In this document: one piece after another, positions 61,053-63,378 of the stretch | Layout: the number at the start of each line of letters is the position of its first letter | Position numbering within the stretch: position 1 is the first letter of the stretch | Program-made: the position numbers and the translations under genes | The notes under the pieces: model-generated | What the model was told of the DNA's origin: nothing | The model's database searches: none | What the model saw: the letters and a program-made list of their open reading frames with translations, nothing else | Virus record (IMG/VR): IMGVR_UViG_3300025168_013869 | Location: 1 to 63,378 of that record | Length of the DNA stretch: 63,378 bases | From: a virus | Taxonomy: Duplodnaviria; Caudoviricetes | Reading direction: 5' to 3' (one strand)

Positions 61053-61472
61053 TTATAAGTATTCTAATTCATCTTCAGACCAACTTCCTAATTCAGATTC
61101 TACTTGTTTTGGATCTAATCCGCCCTTCTTTAAGGCATCTATAGAAGCTTTATCAAAAATAAATGTATACTCATCATCATATTTTGTTTTATCTATTTTA
61201 GCTGTTAAGAATTCCTCAGAACCTAAAGCTGGTCCTACTGTGTCTTTTCTAATTCCAGATCCAACTTGAAACTCTCCTTGTTGTAGGAATATTTGAACAT
61301 CTGATCCATCTTCTGCAGCAGCATAATAGTCTTCAAACATGTTAGTCATTTTATCCATATCTAACACATCTTCGTAATCTAATTCAAAACTTCTATATTC
61401 TTTAAGTAAACTAGAATCATTGCTTCTTGTTTTACCTTCAAATAATTGTTTGTATTTTTTTCCTAAATTCAT
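61053..61472 (-). CDS. Acidic hypothetical protein with shared 25-aa MNLGKKY leader
   Basis: Start placed at ATG 61472 by analogy with the paralogous leaders; upstream ATG 61511, coupled to the previous stop, is an alternative. Confidence 0.7.
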   Translation of the reverse strand: MNLGKKYKQLFEGKTRSNDSSLLKEYRSFELDYEDVLDMDKMTNMFEDYYAAAEDGSDVQIFLQQGEFQVGSGIRKDTVGPALGSEEFLTAKIDKTKYDDEYTFIFDKASIDALKKGGLDPKQVESELGSWSEDELEYL

Positions 61473-61510
61473 TTTTACTTCTTCTTTTTTATAATGCTCT
61501 GAATACCCCA

Positions 61511-61903
61511 TTATACATCAAATCTTTTATAAAGTTCTAATACAATTCTACGGTATCCATCATTATTAGTTAGCAATAAACTATTTTTATAATTTTCCCA
61601 TGCAATAATAAATGTTTTATCTAGAACTCCATTATTTACGGCTTTGATAATTTCATTCAATGCATTAACTGTATACAATGTATTTGTATCTTTCTTTCTA
61701 TGTATTAGAATTGTATTTGGAGTTTTTTTATAATCTTCTTTTGGGTTAACATTATATGTAACATAAACATCATTTGGTTTATCCGCATCATTAAATACAA
61801 AGATTTTCTTCTCAACAATAGTATAGCTTTGTTTAACATAATCTATTATAAGATTTAAGTCTTTTCTATGTGCAAATGTACATAATAAGTTTGTTCTAGC
61901 CAA
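61511..61903 (-). CDS. Hypothetical protein
   Basis: TTG start with AGGAAGGGA SD; 130 aa. Confidence 0.7.
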   Translation of the reverse strand: MARTNLLCTFAHRKDLNLIIDYVKQSYTIVEKKIFVFNDADKPNDVYVTYNVNPKEDYKKTPNTILIHRKKDTNTLYTVNALNEIIKAVNNGVLDKTFIIAWENYKNSLLLTNNDGYRRIVLELYKRFDV

Positions 61904-61929
61904 AATGATCCCTTCCTGTTTTATTTCTA

Positions 61930-61940
61930 TTATAAATATC
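61930..61940 (-). promoter_or_regulatory. Class B motif GATATTTATAA
   Basis: Intergenic, upstream of TTG 61903. Confidence 0.55.
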
Positions 61941-61973
61941 AGCTTTCCTTAAGAAACCGAAGTATTATTGTTA

Positions 61974-63378
61974 CTATCCTTTAACTTCTGGAGTAGGTTT
62001 ATCATAGCCCCAACCACCAAAATATTCTACAAAATGTTCTGTAAATATTGGAGCTGAAGAATAATTATTCATCTTTCCATTCCATTGGCCAAATCCCCAC
62101 CTAAATTTATTTGGTACAGTTATTAATACATTACCTGTTGTTTTATCTATAATTTCAATGTCACGTAAATAATCTGCTTCATCTGATTTATATTTTTTGA
62201 TATTAACAGTTACATTATCTGCTTTTGAATCTATTTGTTTTTTAGATGGAATAACATGAGAATTCTTTCCTTCTTTTGAAACATATAGATATGCATAGTT
62301 ATCATCTGCACGTAATAAATATTTAACTAACTCAGTAAGGTTTGTTTCATCTGTTTGCTTATCTGTGAAGTATTTATCTATAGCTGGGTTTAACTTTTCC
62401 TTTTTTGCTATTATATAATCATTTTTAGTTTCAACTAAATTATAAAGCTTATAATATACATCTCTAATTACTTTACTACCTTGATATGCTTCATATGATA
62501 TACTTGGGTCTAATTTTCCATTCAATAAATATTGCGTTGGTATTAACTTTTGTAATTCTGAGATTGCTCTAATTCCATGGCCACCTTTCTTTGCACTACC
62601 TGCAGATAATGATGGTGCATCTTCGGCGGCTGCAAGAAGATCTCCTCCATATTTTTCATCAATAACATTATTAATTACTGTTATAAATGTTGTCAACGTT
62701 TCATCTATTCCGTTTTTATATCCTTCGGCACGCATGGTCTCAAGTAATCGTGTTGTGGTATCACCTTTTATTCCAAATGCCAATTCAAGTATTTGTTGTA
62801 CTGATAAACTTCCAAACTGGCCTGCTCCCATTTTTAAAGAAATTAATATTGTTTCTTCTACCCCTTCTGGTGTTCGTACTAAAACTACAGAATCTTCTAC
62901 TGGCTTTGTTCCATCTGCACGCTTTCCTGTCATTCGTTTAACACCTGTAATTTGTGGTAATGATGTTCCTCCATATAAGCTTTGTATAGCATTAAATGTA
63001 CGCTCAGCTGAATAAATTGCATCTTTAAACATATCTTCAAAGTCAGAGTTTCCTTTATAATTTATATTTTGATATCTAAATGGTTTACTTCCATCTTCTT
63101 TTGGATATACTAACCATTTTTCATTGGCTTTCAAATCAGCTAGAATTTTGTCTCCTTCTAGTAAAAAATTTAATCCTTTGATCAATTTGATTAACTCATC
63201 AAATCCTATCAATGAACCTTGATTCTCTACTCTCCCATCTGGTCCTTGTGTATAAAACTTATCAGGTGTTAATGGCTTACCTCCTAATATAGCTGCAAGT
63301 GCTATAGCAAAGAATGATTCATGAAATATTTCAGTTAGTCCAGCTGGTATCTTTTCTTTTGGAGCTTCCATTACATCT
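61974..63378 (-). CDS. Hypothetical protein, possibly PD-(D/E)XK nuclease-fold; may be 5' partial
   Basis: Frame stays open from ATG 63371 to the window edge; E...D...ISLK pattern is only weakly suggestive. Confidence 0.55.
   Translation of the reverse strand, partial: DVMEAPKEKIPAGLTEIFHESFFAIALAAILGGKPLTPDKFYTQGPDGRVENQGSLIGFDELIKLIKGLNFLLEGDKILADLKANEKWLVYPKEDGSKPFRYQNINYKGNSDFEDMFKDAIYSAERTFNAIQSLYGGTSLPQITGVKRMTGKRADGTKPVEDSVVLVRTPEGVEETILISLKMGAGQFGSLSVQQILELAFGIKGDTTTRLLETMRAEGYKNGIDETLTTFITVINNVIDEKYGGDLLAAAEDAPSLSAGSAKKGGHGIRAISELQKLIPTQYLLNGKLDPSISYEAYQGSKVIRDVYYKLYNLVETKNDYIIAKKEKLNPAIDKYFTDKQTDETNLTELVKYLLRADDNYAYLYVSKEGKNSHVIPSKKQIDSKADNVTVNIKKYKSDEADYLRDIEIIDKTTGNVLITVPNKFRWGFGQWNGKMNNYSSAPIFTEHFVEYFGGWGYDKPTPEVKG

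Larger units (their letters stand above)
60569..61472 (-). repeat. Three dispersed ~75-bp direct repeats encoding the shared leader (60569-60643, 60966-61040, 61398-61472)
   Basis: Near-identical DNA, e.g. tagaatcattgcttcttg.tttaccttcaaa.aattgttt.tatttttttcctaa.ttcat in all three copies. Confidence 0.95.

Noticed and set aside
60569-61472. 75-bp repeats as CRISPR, DGR template/variable repeats or attachment sites
   Set aside because: They are the 5' ends of ORFs, differences are not adenine-specific, and no reverse transcriptase or integrase is in the window

Overview
This is a 63 kb AT-rich, gene-dense segment of a large T4-like (jumbo-type) phage. Essentially all credible genes are on the minus strand and use the standard code. 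A Bacteroidota (Flavobacteria-like) host is inferred from a T9SS-cargo gene and Bacteroidota-style promoters. Reading in the direction of transcription, the window has three parts. (i) About 63.4-38.9 kb: a T4-like replication module (SSB, UvsX/RecA, 5'-3' exonuclease, gp41-like helicase, class II RNR, family B polymerase, sliding clamp, clamp loader), interleaved with GroEL/GroES and a 7-deazaguanine DNA-modification set (folE, queD, queE, dpdA-like, plus HPRT and a glycosyltransferase; no queC in the window). (ii) About 38.5-14.9 kb: a ~23 kb glycan-biosynthesis island with about 10 glycosyltransferases, a NeuA/NeuB/GT29 sialylation set, sugar-tailoring enzymes and a B12 radical SAM enzyme. 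(iii) About 14.6-0 kb: DNA ligase, a YkuD-like cell-wall enzyme, a T9SS-cargo repeat protein, a predicted outer-membrane barrel, and many unrelated small proteins sharing an N-terminal KLKxLL-x-E leader. The most notable signals read directly from the sequence are: two promoter-like motif classes that correlate with absence versus presence of Shine-Dalgarno sites; two families of portable N-terminal leaders ending in L-x-E; and a clamp-binding-like tail on the DpdA homologue. All product calls come from motif recognition by eye; no database searches were run.
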